64,000 nt of DNA, from contig QPMI01000710.1 in assembly GCA_004431415.1 (NCBI GenBank), positions 13,989-77,988 of the forward strand, written 5' to 3'. The stretch is from Cyanophora paradoxa CCMP329. Its lineage: Eukaryota > Plantae > Glaucophyta. This document shows, in pieces, positions 24,331 through 36,469 of this stretch (position 1 is the stretch's first letter; each line of letters begins with the position of its first letter). The notes beneath the pieces are model-generated. The model saw only the letters and a list, made by a program, of their open reading frames with translations, had not been told where the DNA came from and made no database searches. A program made the position numbers and the translations under genes.

Positions 24331-27300
24331 CGGGCGTGATGCCGGGCGGGTCGGGCAAAAGTCGGTCGGGTGTACCTTTCCGCCGGAGGGCTTGTTGGCG
24401 GGAGTGGGCGGGGTGGACGAGGAAGGGGTGGAGGGGCCAGCGGGGGACGCGGGCACCGGCAGCTGCTCCTGCTGCTGCGGTGGCGGCGTCGGCGGCGGGG
24501 TGAGACGGCGCAGAAAGGGGCGGGGCGGGGTGGGGCGGACCGCGCGCTGCTGGGCGGAGGGGCGGGGGAGGATGGCGAGGAAGAGGCGGGCGAGGGCGGC
24601 GAGGAAGCGGGCCAGGGGCGCCCCGACGCCGGCGTGCTGCATCGCTCCGCTGGACCCCGGCGTCTCCTCTGCCGTCGCCCCCGGCGGATCAGAGGGGCCC
24701 GCCAGCCCGCGACCCTTCCCCTCCGCCTCCTCCTCCTCCTCCTCCTCCTCGGGCCCCGGCGAGCCGCTGCCCCCAAGGCCCACCGCGCCGCCCGCGCCGC
24801 CGCCGCCGGAGCTGCCGTCGTCCGAGCCGCCGCTCTCCTCCTCGGCGCCTGACGGCTCCGCCGTCGCTCCCGCCGACTCCGCCGACTGCGGCAGGGGCGC
24901 GCCGGGCGGGTTGGGGCCCGGGGCGCCCTCCGCCGCCTCCGCCTCGGCGGCGGCCAGGGCGGCCGGGTCCTCCGAGGCGCCCGTCGGCGCCGGGTCCGAC
25001 CACTCCTCCTCCTCCTCCTCCGCCTCCTCTTCCTTCGGGGGCTCTGGGCCACGCGGGCGGCGGCCTCGCCCTTCGCGCGGGCCTCGGCGGCCGCCTCCGC
25101 GCGGCGCAGCGCCTCCTCGGCGTCCGCCTCCTCGTCCGCGGCGGCCGCCTCGGCCTTGGCCGCGCGCTCCTCCTCCGCCGCCGCCGCCGTCAGCGCCTCC
25201 GCCGCCTCCTTCATCGCCCGCGCCGCCGCCGCCGCCCGCCGCCCCGCCCCGCCGACTCGGCCGCCGCGACGGCCTCGCGCGCCGACGCCGCCGCCGCCCG
25301 CTCCTCGGCCTGCGCCGCGCGCTCCGCCGCGGCCGCGAACTCGGAGAGCTTCGCGGAGGGTCCCCGCCCCGCAGCCGCCCCGCCTCCTCCTCCGCCGCCG
25401 CCCGCTCGGCCGCCGCCGCCGCCGCCGCCTCGCGCGCCGCGGCGGCCGCCTCGGCTGCCGCCTGCGCGACGCGCGCGGCGGCGGCCTCGGCGAGCATCGC
25501 CTCGCGCAGGCGCCGCTCGAGGGCCGCCACCTCTTCCCGCCGGCGCGCCCCGTCCGCCCCCGCCGCCTTCGACGCCGCCTCGGCCGCCTGCGCCCGCTCC
25601 ACCTCCCCGGCGAGGGTCCCCTCGCTGTGGCGCCAGAGCTTGCGCGCCGGGCCCCGGCTCGGGTTCCCCGACACGATCGCCTGCATCATACGCCGCCGCA
25701 GCGCCTGCGCCCGGTCGCGGCCTCGGCTGCGGCCCGCCGGCTCGCCCGGCTTGCCGCCCGCCGCCCCGCGCGCTCCGCCGCGGCCCGGCTCCGCCACTGG
25801 TCGGCCGAGGGCCGCGCGGCGTCGGCCTCGGAGGGGGCGTCCCGGGGCGGGCCGCCGGCGCGGCCGTCGAGGCCGAGCCTGGCCGCGCGAACGAGAAGGC
25901 CGAGGAGCCCGAGAGCGACCGCGCCGTGTCTGCGGGCGGCGAGCCGTCAGCGAGCGCGCCGGGGCAGCGCGGCGGGGCGGGGCGGGGCGGGGCGGACAGT
26001 GGTCGCGGAGGGCGAGGGAGACGGAGTGGGCGGCGGCGAGGAGGACGAGGAGCGGGGGCCCGCCGAGGGCCGTCAGGGCGAGGCCGAGGAGCCACTTGGG
26101 GACGCGCGGGGCGAGGAGCAGCACGGGCGAGGCGGCGAGGCCGACGGGGAGGTAGTAGGCCCGCGCCAGCCGCTCCAGCTCGGCCTGCATGTGCGGCGGG
26201 AGCCGCGCCGCCCGCGCCGCCACCGCCCCGCCGACCTCCCCCGGCCCGCCGCTGCCGCTCCAGCAGCCGCAGCTCGGCGAGCTGCGCCCCGGCCCGCGCC
26301 GTCCGCTCCGCCACACGCCGCGCCAAAGCCGGGTCCGCTGGCACCCGGCTCGGCTCCTCCGCCGGCGCCGGGCGGCCGCGTCGAGCCGGCGCCTGCGCCG
26401 GCGCCGGCGCGGGGGCGGGGGCGGCTTTCGCCACAACTTCGGTTTCTTTCGCCTCAGCGTTGGTCTCTGCCGCTGCGTCCGCCTCCTCCTCCTTCTCCTC
26501 CTCCTCCATCTCCTCCTTCTCCTCCTGCTCCTTCTCCTCCTCTACCTCGACCGCCGCCGCCACCGAAGCCGCCGCAGCCGCCTCCGCCGGCGGCGGCTCC
26601 TCCTCGCGCTGCGCCGGCGGCTCCGGCTCCGCAGAAGCCTCCTTGACGCGCGCCACTTCCTCCTCCTCCGCCTCCTCCTCCTCGGCCGCCGCCTGCTCTA
26701 CCCGCTCCTCGGGGGCCGGCACTGCCCGCTCGGCCCGCCTCGTCATCCTCCGCTTCGGCGGGGCGAGCCGGATGCCGCCGGCCCGCGCCGGCGCCGCAGC
26801 AGCCGCGGGGCGGACGGGCGGCGGGGCCGGCGGGGCCTCCTGCGCGGCCTCCGCGAGGTCCGGCGAGGGCGGGCGGGAGACGCGGACGGGCTTCCATGGC
26901 GCCGGCTTGGACACGTAGATGCCGAGCGCGGAGTGGATCCCAGAATCCGCCTCCCAGTCGATTGGGCTCAGCGGCGGCGAGCCGGAGAGCGGCGGCGAGG
27001 CGGCCGGCGGCCGCTGCGCGGCGCGGCGAGGCGAAGGGGAGCGCGGGGGCGACCTGCCGCGGGGCGGGGAGGAGCCCGGGGGCGGAGGAGGAACGGCGAG
27101 CCGGCGCGGCGCTTGGACGGGGACGCCCGCGCGGTCGGGGGGGCGGCCGCCGGCCGGCCGAGGCGGGGCAGGGAGGGGGCGTAGCGGGAGGCGTCCCACG
27201 CAGGCTTGCGCGCCGGGGGCTGCTCCTGGGGCGCCGCCGCGGGGCGCTCCCGGTCGCTTCCTGACGAAGGGAAGGTGCCAAGGCCGAGGGAGAGCTGGAC

Positions 27301-28283
27301 GTCGAAGGAGGGGCGGCGTGCCGGCCCCGCCAGCGGCGGCGTCCCCCCGTCCTCCTCCTCGTCATCGTCGAACACGCTCCTCCTCCGGCCAATGGCGTTC
27401 TGCCCGTCGTCCTCCGGCGGCGGAGGCGGCGGCGGGAGCCTCTGCGCCCTGGGCCCTCGGCGCGTTCGCTTCTGAAGGAACGGCTGGAACGGCTGGAACG
27501 GCCGCTTGCGCTCCTCGGACGCGCTGAACACCTGCGGCGAGTCTGCGGCATTGCGGCGCTCAGCGGATGCCGCGCGGGGCCGGCGGGCGGCCACGCACCG
27601 TACGGCCCAGAGGGGTCCGGCGCGCCCCAGATCCCTCCTGCCGCCTCCGGCACGACTGCTGGCGCGAAGCTGCCGCCGGTGAAGGGATTGTTGAAACCTG
27701 CAGGTGCGCACACCGTCGGAACTGCGTTGAGTGTGCAGGCGGGGCGGCGGGCGCACTGCTCCCCGCTCGGTCGGGCCGCAGCGGCGGGCCAAACGGGTCG
27801 AAAGGGTCTCCTTGGAACCGAAACGCCGCTCCGACAGTTTCCGCCGCAGAAACACGGTCCACAGACGACGGATCTGCCCCGAATAGGAGTCGGAACTGGG
27901 CGGCAGCCCGGCGGCACAGCAGCACAAACCCGCCCGAGCCAGCGATGGATGGACGAGCGCAGCGCCTGCTCTGTCGTGCGTCCACGCTGCTCTCCTGCGC
28001 AGCACTGGGTTGCCGAAGAGCCGACTGGCGCGGCGGAGCTGGGCCTCGACGCCAGCGGATGCCCTTGTCTCTGCCACCGGAGATTAGCGCCAGCTCGCCG
28101 AACGAAGCTAGATGTTGCCAGCGGTAACGACGCACCGCTGACGCCTGCCCGTGCCGCGGACTTGCGCGGCGGAGCGTCTCCGTGCGTCGATCGGCTCCGG
28201 CAAAACTCAAGCGTCGGGGCCGCCGATCTATCCGGACCGACTTGGGCCGGTGCCCGGCCGGCCAGGCCGGCTGCCACATACAT
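24331..28283 (-). CDS. Long low-complexity/coiled-coil region with a hydrophobic hairpin; spliced in frame to MurJ at its 3' end (N-terminal extension or separate gene)
   Basis: Exons ...QQRA|QQEQL...PSGGK|SLAG join without a stop. Upstream are Ala/Glu coiled coils and YYLPVGLAASPVLLLAP...WLLGLALTALGGPPLLVLLAA. Several apparent frameshifts lie in G/C runs. The start MYVAAG is tentative. Confidence 0.5.
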
Positions 28284-28371
28284 CGCTGCGGAGCGCTGGC
28301 TTCTCCCGCGAACTTGTGCTCGTCGGGGGGTACAGCCGCAGCAGCGAGTCTCTTGCCTGCAGCGGCCGGGC

Positions 28372-31300
28372 ATGGACTGCGGGGCCTTCGGCGGCGTGAT
28401 GATCCCGAGCGCTGTGTCCCTACGAGGGCGACAGCTGTTCGCGCGTAGCCTCGCCGTTAGCCAGACGACCCCGATCGCCGGCCTTCAGCGGTCCGGGCTG
28501 CGTCAGCATGCGTACGCGAGGGCAGCTTTCGCCTCGGTGACGCTCGAGGGCGCATTCGCGAGCACTCGGTGGGCGCTCGCGCTCAGGCGCGGGCTCGCGG
28601 CCAGCTCCAGCGGCAAGCAGCCGCTGCCGGAGGCCGCTCAGGCAGCTAAGAAGAAGGCCGGGGACGAGGGCGAAGGCGCGGGAGGCGAAGGCGGTGAGGT
28701 CCCCGCGACGGTTGATCTCTCGAGCATCTTCAAGCAGGCCCTGCGCGGCGACCCCGTCATGAAGCGGATCGAGAAGCAGCGTCGCCAGGGGCGCCTGGAG
28801 GACGACTTCGAAGACGACGACTTGGATCTGGACGAGGAGGACGAGGGCGGGCTCCTGCCCGAGGACGTGGACGCGGAGGAGGAGATGGCGGCGGCTGCGG
28901 AGCGCAGGAGGCGCGCGTACGTGCCGCCGCCGGTGCTCGACGAGGACGGGAACCCGCTCGAGGACCTCACGGAGGACGAGATCCGCGACCTGCCCCGCCG
29001 CGAGCAGGCCCGCCCCGATCAAATCGCGCCCGCCCACGCAGCCGACGCGCCCCGCAGATGGACTACATGCACCGACGTGCCTGCGAGCTCGGACAGGACT
29101 CGTACAAGGACATCGAGACGGGGGACGAGGCGCGCGGCCCGCCGCCGCGCCCCGCGGCGGAGCGCGGCTGACGCCGGCGCGCAGGTCAAGACGGCGGTGT
29201 ACCACCTGACGCGGGGCGTCTGCTGCGAGGAGAAGGGCTGCAGGCACTGCCCGTACGGGTGCGTTGCCCCCCCGCCCCGCCCTCGCCCCGCGATCCAGCC
29301 GCGCGCTGCGCAGGTACGTGTCGCCCGGGGTGTGGCGGGAGACGCACCTGCCGGAGCTCTTCCGCGGCATCGAGCTCAAGCCCTCGACCGAGGTCTGCCT
29401 CGGCTGCGGCTCGGCCTTCCAGGTCCCCCCGCCCGCCCCGCCCCGCCCCGCGCCCCTCGCCCGCCCCGGCCGAAGGGCCGCCGCGGGCAGTGCGAGGACG
29501 AGCGGCAGCCGGGCTTCCTCCCTGAGGCCAAGATGAGCGAGCTCCCGTCCCTCGCCGCCGAGGTGCGCCCCCCGGGGCTCCCGGGCTCCCCAAACCGCGC
29601 GGCGAGGCCGGCGGCGGCGCAGGGCCGGATGGCGATCTGCAAGCGCTGCTTCCAGCTGAAGCACTACGGGAAGCTCGCGCAGCTCGAGATGAACCCCGAG
29701 TGCGCCCCGGGCCTCGCCCGCCCCGCCCCGCCCCGCCCCGCCTCTGACCCCCGGCCAAGGGACTTCCGCCGCAAGCTCGCCGGCATCCGCAAGAAGGACT
29801 GCCTCGTCGTAAAGATCGTCGACATCTTCGACTTCCAGGTCTGCTCCCCCGGGGGCCCTTTCCCGGCCGCCCCCGGCAGCGCCTTAACCCGGTACCCCGC
29901 AGGGGACCTTCCTGCGGGACCTCTCCGCGATCGTCGGCGACAACCCCGTCATCCTGGCCCGCCCGTACCCCCCTGGCGCACCGGGCCGCGCCCCCTGACA
30001 CTCCCCCTTCTCCCTCCCACCAGGTGGCGAACAAGGCGGACCTGCTGCCGGCGGGGGTCAACAAGGAGCGCGTCATGACCTGGCTCCACCGCTGCACCAA
30101 GGCCCGCCCGCCCCCTCCCTCTCCCCCGCCCCGGCCCCCCGCCTGACGCCGGCGCAGACGATGGGGATCCGGGTGCTCTGGTCGATCCACCTCATCTCCT
30201 CCTTCACGGGCGACGGCGTCGAGCAGCTCGCCGAGGACATCGACTACGGTGACCGCCCCCCGGCGCCCCTTCCCTGAGCCAGCCAGAGCCGGCCCCGCCC
30301 CTGAGCCGGCCCCGCAGCGACCCGCGGGCGGGACGTCTACGTCATCGGCGCCGCCAACGTCGGTGCGCCGCGCCGCGCCGCGCCCGCCGCGCCGGCGCGC
30401 CTCACCCCGCCCCAGGCAAGTCCACCTTCATCAACCGCCTCCTGAAGCTCGCCGCCGGCGGCACGCCCGGTCCGCCCCGGGCCTGGGCCCCGCCCTTCCT
30501 CGCCCCACCCTACCCCTGAGCCGGGCGGGGCGCAGGGGCCAAGCCCAAGGAGAACTTCGTGACGGCGTCGGCCGTCCCAGGTACCACCCTCAATCTCATC
30601 TCCATCCCCCTCTCCTTCAAGCGCGTGCGCTCTACCCCCGCCGCGCGTCACCCTCCGCGCTGGGGCAAAGCCGACGGAGCCGGCGGCCGCGCAGAAGGCG
30701 GCCGCGGCGGGGGCGCGGAAGCCGCCGAAGGGCCCCAAGCGGCCCTCGACCCTCTTCGACACCCCGGGCATCCTCATGCCCCACCAGGCCCGCCCCCGCC
30801 CCCGCCCCCGCCCCGCTTCCCCGCGCCCCCGCTGACATCGCCCCCGCAGCTGACGCGGTACCTCAACACCGACGAGCTGGCGGTCGTCGTACCCCGCAAG
30901 AAGCTCCGGCCGGCCACCTTCCGCCTCACCGTACCCCTCCCCGCCCCGCCCCGCCCCGCCCTGCCCCTCGCGCCCCTCACACGAACGGGGGCGGGGCAGG
31001 CGGGGCGGTCGCTGTTCCTGGGGTCGATGGGGCGGCTGGACCACGTGGAGGGGCCCCCCATCCTTGCCACCGTCTTCCTCTCCCAGGCCCGCGCCCCCCC
31101 CCCCCCCCCCCCCCCCCCCCGCCCCCTTCCTGACGCGGCGGCGGGCCTGCAGGAGATCGTGCTGCACATCACCAGCACCGACAAGGCCGACGAGATCTTC
31201 CAGCGTCTCGCCGGTACGGTCCCCTCCTCCCCGGCCCCCGTTCCCTTGGTTTCTGACGCGGGGCCCGGGGCAGGGACGACGCTGACGCCGCCCTTCTCGG

Positions 31301-31719
31301 CGGAGCGGGTGGCGGAGCTGGGGGCGATGCGGCCCTGGGAGTACGGCTTCGAGGGCCGCTCCTGGACCCAGGCCGAGGCGGACCTCGTCTACTCGGGCCT
31401 CGGCTGGGTCTCCCTCGCCTCCGGCGCCGGCCCCGTCCGCGTCCGCGCGTGGGCGCCCGGCCACGTCTCCGTCACCGAGCGCATCCCGCTCATGCCCTTC
31501 GACGTCGGGAGCCCCGAGAAGGTCACGGGGGCGCCCATCATGCGCACCCCGAAGGCCAAGGGCAAGGGCAAGGCGCCCAAGGCCGCCGCCGGCGCGGGGG
31601 CCGCGGAGGGGCCGCCGGCGCCGAAGAAGAGCGGCGGCTCCCGCCAGAAGCGCGAGGCCGAGGAGCGCCGCGCCGCCAAGCGCGCCGCCGCCGCCGGCGG
31701 CCCCGCACCCCAGCCGTAG
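28372..31719 (+). CDS. YqeH/NOA1-family circularly permuted GTPase with organellar presequence and an N-terminal DUF5522-like Cys domain
   Basis: Zn finger CLGCG...ICKRCFQLKHYG; VDIFDF; G4 NKADLL; G1 GAANVGKSTFIN; G2 PGTT; G3 DTPG. Upstream: HRRACELGQDSYKDIETGDEVKTAVYHLTRGVCCEEKGCRHCPYG. Confidence 0.9.
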
Positions 31720-32340
31720 CCCCGTCTTGCTGTTTCACCCAATTGCATTGCAGTATAATAATCGGATCTTCGAGCCCTCGACTGTCTCGATCGTTGCTGA
31801 TTCTAGCTCATGATCAGCGGCTGTTGGGCAGTCCTCGTAGTTCGAGCCGCGGAGGAGTGCCGCTCAGGAGGGCGTTCAATTGTACCGAGAGGCGGTTGCG
31901 GGAACCGAGGGGGGAAGAGCTATATTTTCTCCTCTTGAACCATAAGCTTACCGAGAGGAGAAACGCCCTACCGCGAGAGTAGAGGAGAACCCTTCGGTAT
32001 AAAAGGCTGTAGCAGAACTCTTTGCATGCGGTAGAGCGCGATCGCGAGGTGCGCGAAATTCTGCGCCCAGCCCCCGTCCGCGTATTCCACGCCTTGTCGT
32101 TCGACGTCGACGTCGTTCGCATCTGATCACGACGGCCGCGTGCTTTCGGCAGGTTTCTCGGCCGGGCGGCGCGCACCGAACCGGCGTCAGTGCGCCACGC
32201 GACGAATTTCGCGCCCGGGGGCAAGTGCGCGATCTGCTGTTCTTTTTTATTTTTTGCGCTGCTGCATCGAGCGCGCGCGCGCCTCTCCGCGCACTGAATT
32301 GGCGCGCTGCGCGAGTTTTCGAACAGGCGCTCCTCGCATC

Positions 32341-35300
32341 ATGGCGCGTCCTTTCGAGTTCAACTGGGGCGCGGCCGGGGGCCTACCTCCGGCCCAGGCT
32401 CCGGACCCGCTTAAGGTCCGTCACACCGCGGCGTCATTCTAGATCTGACGCGCGCGCGCACGTGCGAAAATGACTCCCGGCCCGCGAATTAAATCATAAA
32501 CTCTCTCGCCCAGGAACCCGGTGACCGGAGCCGGATGTCGACGTCGACGCGTCCCCCGTGGAAAACGAGGCGACCATCGATATCGTCGATCGCGAGGATC
32601 CGCCGCCTGCGGCCGATCCGACGAGATGGAAATATTACTCCGACGTTGATCACGAGGTGCATATCGCGCGCGCGATTGTGAGCGGAGCGCCCTCCCGGGC
32701 CCGGCCCCGTCAAAATAGTGCGGCCAGGATGACGAGGATGCATATGCCCGCGAAATATCCAACAACAATATTATTAATGCGCCGGTGTGTTGCGCTCCGC
32801 GGCGTAGAATGGCGCGCGCCCGAATTTTCGCGAGTTAAAGCAGCACGCGCAAGCGCAGGCCCCGCGCACGCCGGCTCGCCGAGGGCGCGCGGGGTCTGTG
32901 ATCATGAGCTACAAGGAGAGCGAGGGATCCGGATCTGATGCCGAGGACTCCGGATCCGAGAGCGAGGTCCGTTTTTTTGCGCAATCAATCTGCGTTTTTT
33001 TTCTAAATCGTCACATTCGTGCGCTCATGATCAGGAGCCGCGCGCCTCCGCTGTGAAGCGCCGCCGAGTCCAAGGCTCCAATGCGGCGACCCGGAGCAAG
33101 CTTAAGACAGCAGCTGCAGAGCCGGCGTCTCGCAGGTGCAATATTAATCGCAATACTCACGCTTCTTATTGTATGGAACATTTCCAACGCGCTAGCGCTG
33201 TACATGTTAAATCTGGATTTCCAATTTTGTTTTGCAGGCTTGGCAACAAGGATAGTCGACGTCGCAAGGGCACAATCGAGGCGCGGGCTCCGAAGGTTTG
33301 CCTTCCGCGACGTACCATCGAAATTAAAACGTTCCGATACGCATACCTACGGTGAATTCCGAATTTTGACTCCAGATTTAATTTGCGCAGAAGGCCCTCG
33401 TTCGCTTCCTTCCGAACGACGGCAAGCACCCCGCGACGGGGCGCCTCGTCGAGAAGTTCATCTGCGGCAAGCTCGAGTCCCGCGCGGTGCTCTCTTTGCT
33501 TTCGGGTAGGGTTGGCAGCTTGAAATTTCAAGCCATTGAAATTGCATTGAAATTGAAAATTCAATTTCAATTTCAACGTCGCCCGTTGAAATTGCATTGA
33601 AATAGAATATAAAAATAATAAAATATATTGAATTTCTCCGTTTTCGCACCCTCAGCTTCCCCTTCCCAGCCCCTCCGGCCTTCCCGGGAGCCCTCCCAGC
33701 CCGTAAAGAGTCTCAGAGAGTGAGAGTGCAGTCGATTAGAGACAATTCAGAGTGAAAGAGACTCTCTGGCAGAGTCTCTGCAGTGCGTGGGGTCTCTGCA
33801 AGTGCTGCACTGCGGATTGAAATTTCAATTGAATTTTCAAAGCTTTCAAAGGGTCGACTTTCAGTTTCAACGCCAAATTTTTGAATTTCATGAAATTCAC
33901 CAACCCTACTTTCGGGGCGTTCCAATTCGCAACATCGATTGCGATGAATATCTATTGGATTTTATTTGCATTTGCGTATGCATGTGAGCCGCCGATCATG
34001 AGCTAGAGGCCTGAATTCGAAGAGCAGGTCGCGGACCAGTACATCATCCGGTACATCCTGGCGTGCGTCGGCCCGAGGCGCTACCGCAGGGCCATCAAGA
34101 AGAAGTGCCCCGCGCGCCTGCACAAGTTCGCCTCGCGCCGCATGCTCAACGGTGCGCCACTAACCGCGTCTAGCTATAGATCTGCAGCGGCGATATTTAA
34201 TTCTTATGCAATTGATGATCGCCCGGCCCGCGGCACCCGCAGCGTTGATGGCCGAGTCGTGGTTCAAGGCACTCTTCCCTGGGGGCCGGCAGGAGGGCTA
34301 CATCCCGTTCGCGCGCCTCAGCGCGAACAGCTGGACGGATGACGACGAGGCGGTCTTCGAGGGGGCGTGGGAAGCGTTGCACACGGAGCTGCTTCCCCTC
34401 CTCATTGCGGAGCCCGCCATCGACGCCGCCGCCGCCTCGCCACAGGTCTCTTAAGCTTGCACACTTCATTGCGAGCTTTATAAGAATAGCTTTATATAGA
34501 TCATAATTAAATCAGACGGCGGTCTGTGAGTAAATTAGAAAATTCCGCCCTCGAGCTCTGACAACGTTCGCTCGCAGGGTCGCTCGGACAACGAGGACGA
34601 GGACGGGGATCCGGAGGACGAGGAGGACGAGGAGGACGAGGAGGAGGAGGGGGATCCGGAGGGCGCCCCCGAGGAGGCGGCGGTGCCGGGCGAGCCGGCG
34701 AGCGCGAGCTCGAGCTCGTGGCCCCCGCCCTCGAGCTCCAGCGCCCCGGCCCCGGCCGCCCGCGGCCATGGCCAGGTTCGGAAATTCTAATCGGCGACAA
34801 ATAGAACTTTAATTTACAGAGCTCGTTCAAGCCTGACGTCGTTCAAGCAGCCGGCGGCGGCTCCCCGCGCGGGATCTCAGGGGAGGACCTCCTCCCAGGT
34901 GCGCGCTAATATTCCTTTCTCGTCATTAAATCATTTTAGCTCGCCCCATGCGCTGGCACTCGTGTTGATTCCGTCCCGCCACTGGGCCGCCAGTCCCGCC
35001 AGCGCCAGGCGTCCTCGGCCGCGGCATCCAGCCCCGCGAGCCCCCAGCGGCAGGTCCGACGTTTAATCTGGGCTCACATTGCTTGCGATTTCCGGCGCCG
35101 ACCGCGGAAGTCTGAAGCGCGCCGCAGGCCAGTACCGGTTTGCCTCGGGCCGCCGGCGCCGCCGCGGCCGCCAAGCCCTCCGGATCCGCCGGCGCCAAGC
35201 GCCCCGAGGCAGCCCCGGCCGCGGAGGAGCCGGCCGGCGCCGGCGAGGCCGACCTCCGCGACCGGCGCGCCCGTCGCGAGGGCGCGGCCCCCGCCCCCGC

Positions 35301-36009
35301 TTCGAATTCGTCGCGATCGTCAAAGCCGACCGCCGGCGCCGGCGCCGGCACTGGCGCCGCGCCCGCGGCCTCCCCTGCCGCGCAGGCGGGGCCACCACCC
35401 CGGCCGCGGCCGGCGGCCCCGCGGCCCCGGCGCCGCTCCAGCCGGCGCCGGCCGCGGCCCCGCGGCGTGGGCGGGGCCCGAGCGGGAGCAGGAGGCCCCG
35501 TGGGGGCCGGGGCCGCAGGGGAGCGGGCAGCTGAAGCTGGGGCGGGTCGGCGTGGAGGGCGACAAGGTTGTGCGGCGGGTGCGGCTGGCCAAGTGGCCGC
35601 CGCCCCTCGGCGGGTGGCCCCCCGAGGCCCACCTCGTCGTCGTGCGCCCCTCCGCCTTTGCTCCCCTTCCTCGCGCACTTAAATTGGCTCTGATCGACTT
35701 TTCAATTCTGTAACTAAAATCGCGATCGGCCCGCAGCCGATCCGTGAGAGCATGACCATGACAGACATTCTCCGCCGCGCCACGAACCGCTTCGGCAACC
35801 CCGAAAAAGGGGTGCGGCCGCCTCCGGATCCTCCTCCCTTCAAGCTTATTAAGTTAGCTTCGCGCCGCGCAAATCAGACTGATGGTCGAGGGTCGCATGC
35901 GCAGGAGAGGATCACGAGGATCCTGTGCTACGACGAGGCGGAGGGGGCCGTCGTGGGGACCGTGGAAGACGTCTCTGACCTCATCGAGGACCTCTACTTC
36001 TGCTCCTAA
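32341..36009 (+). CDS. Orphan multi-exon protein with acidic tract
   Basis: Coding-like exons (KALVRFLPNDGKHP..., VADQYIIRYILACVG..., SWTDDDEAVFEGAWEAL..., RILCYDEAEGAVVGTVEDVSDL) bounded by GT/AG. No family recognised. Confidence 0.5.
33507..33908. mobile_element. hAT-family MITE inside an intron
   Basis: TIR TAGGGTTGG...CCAACCCTA; perfect 8-bp TSD CTTTCGGG (33499-33506, 33909-33916); subterminal TTGAAAT/ATTTCAA arrays and central AGAGAGTCTCT repeats. Confidence 0.92.
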
Positions 36010-36469
36010 CTTTATAGGCTCGAGCTCGTGCCACGGTGTACATTTTCGCAGAAAAGAATGGACTTTTTCGCGATCGCCTTCTCTAGATTTCGCGTCGACG
36101 TCGGTTTTCGCGCCTTAGGCTACTGCAATACATTTCTATGAAGTTAGCTCAGCGGCTAGAAAGAAAGCAAGTGCAAATCAATATCCATACAAAGCAACCA
36201 TGCCGCGACGGCGGCGGCGGGCAAGGCTAATGTCATATAAATGTATTGCAGTAGCCCGATAAATAAAATCCCGGACCCGGGAGTCCAGTACTAGTAATAC
36301 ACTGTGCAACACCAATATGTACGATCGCATCCTCGCCGGCTCGCCCCGCCAGGCTGCGATGCCGCCGGCGGCGGCGCTGGCGGGCGGTGCGCATGCGGGC
36401 GCCCCAGCTCGAGAGGCACAGGCCTCCGAGCTCGAGCCTGCGGACGGGGCCGGCGCGCTCTGCAGGGCT

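Noticed and set aside
25040-25400. Programmed frameshifting in the coiled-coil region upstream of murJ (and in transposon ORF2)
   Set aside because: The shifts fall in G/C runs, where assembly indels or tiny introns are simpler explanations.
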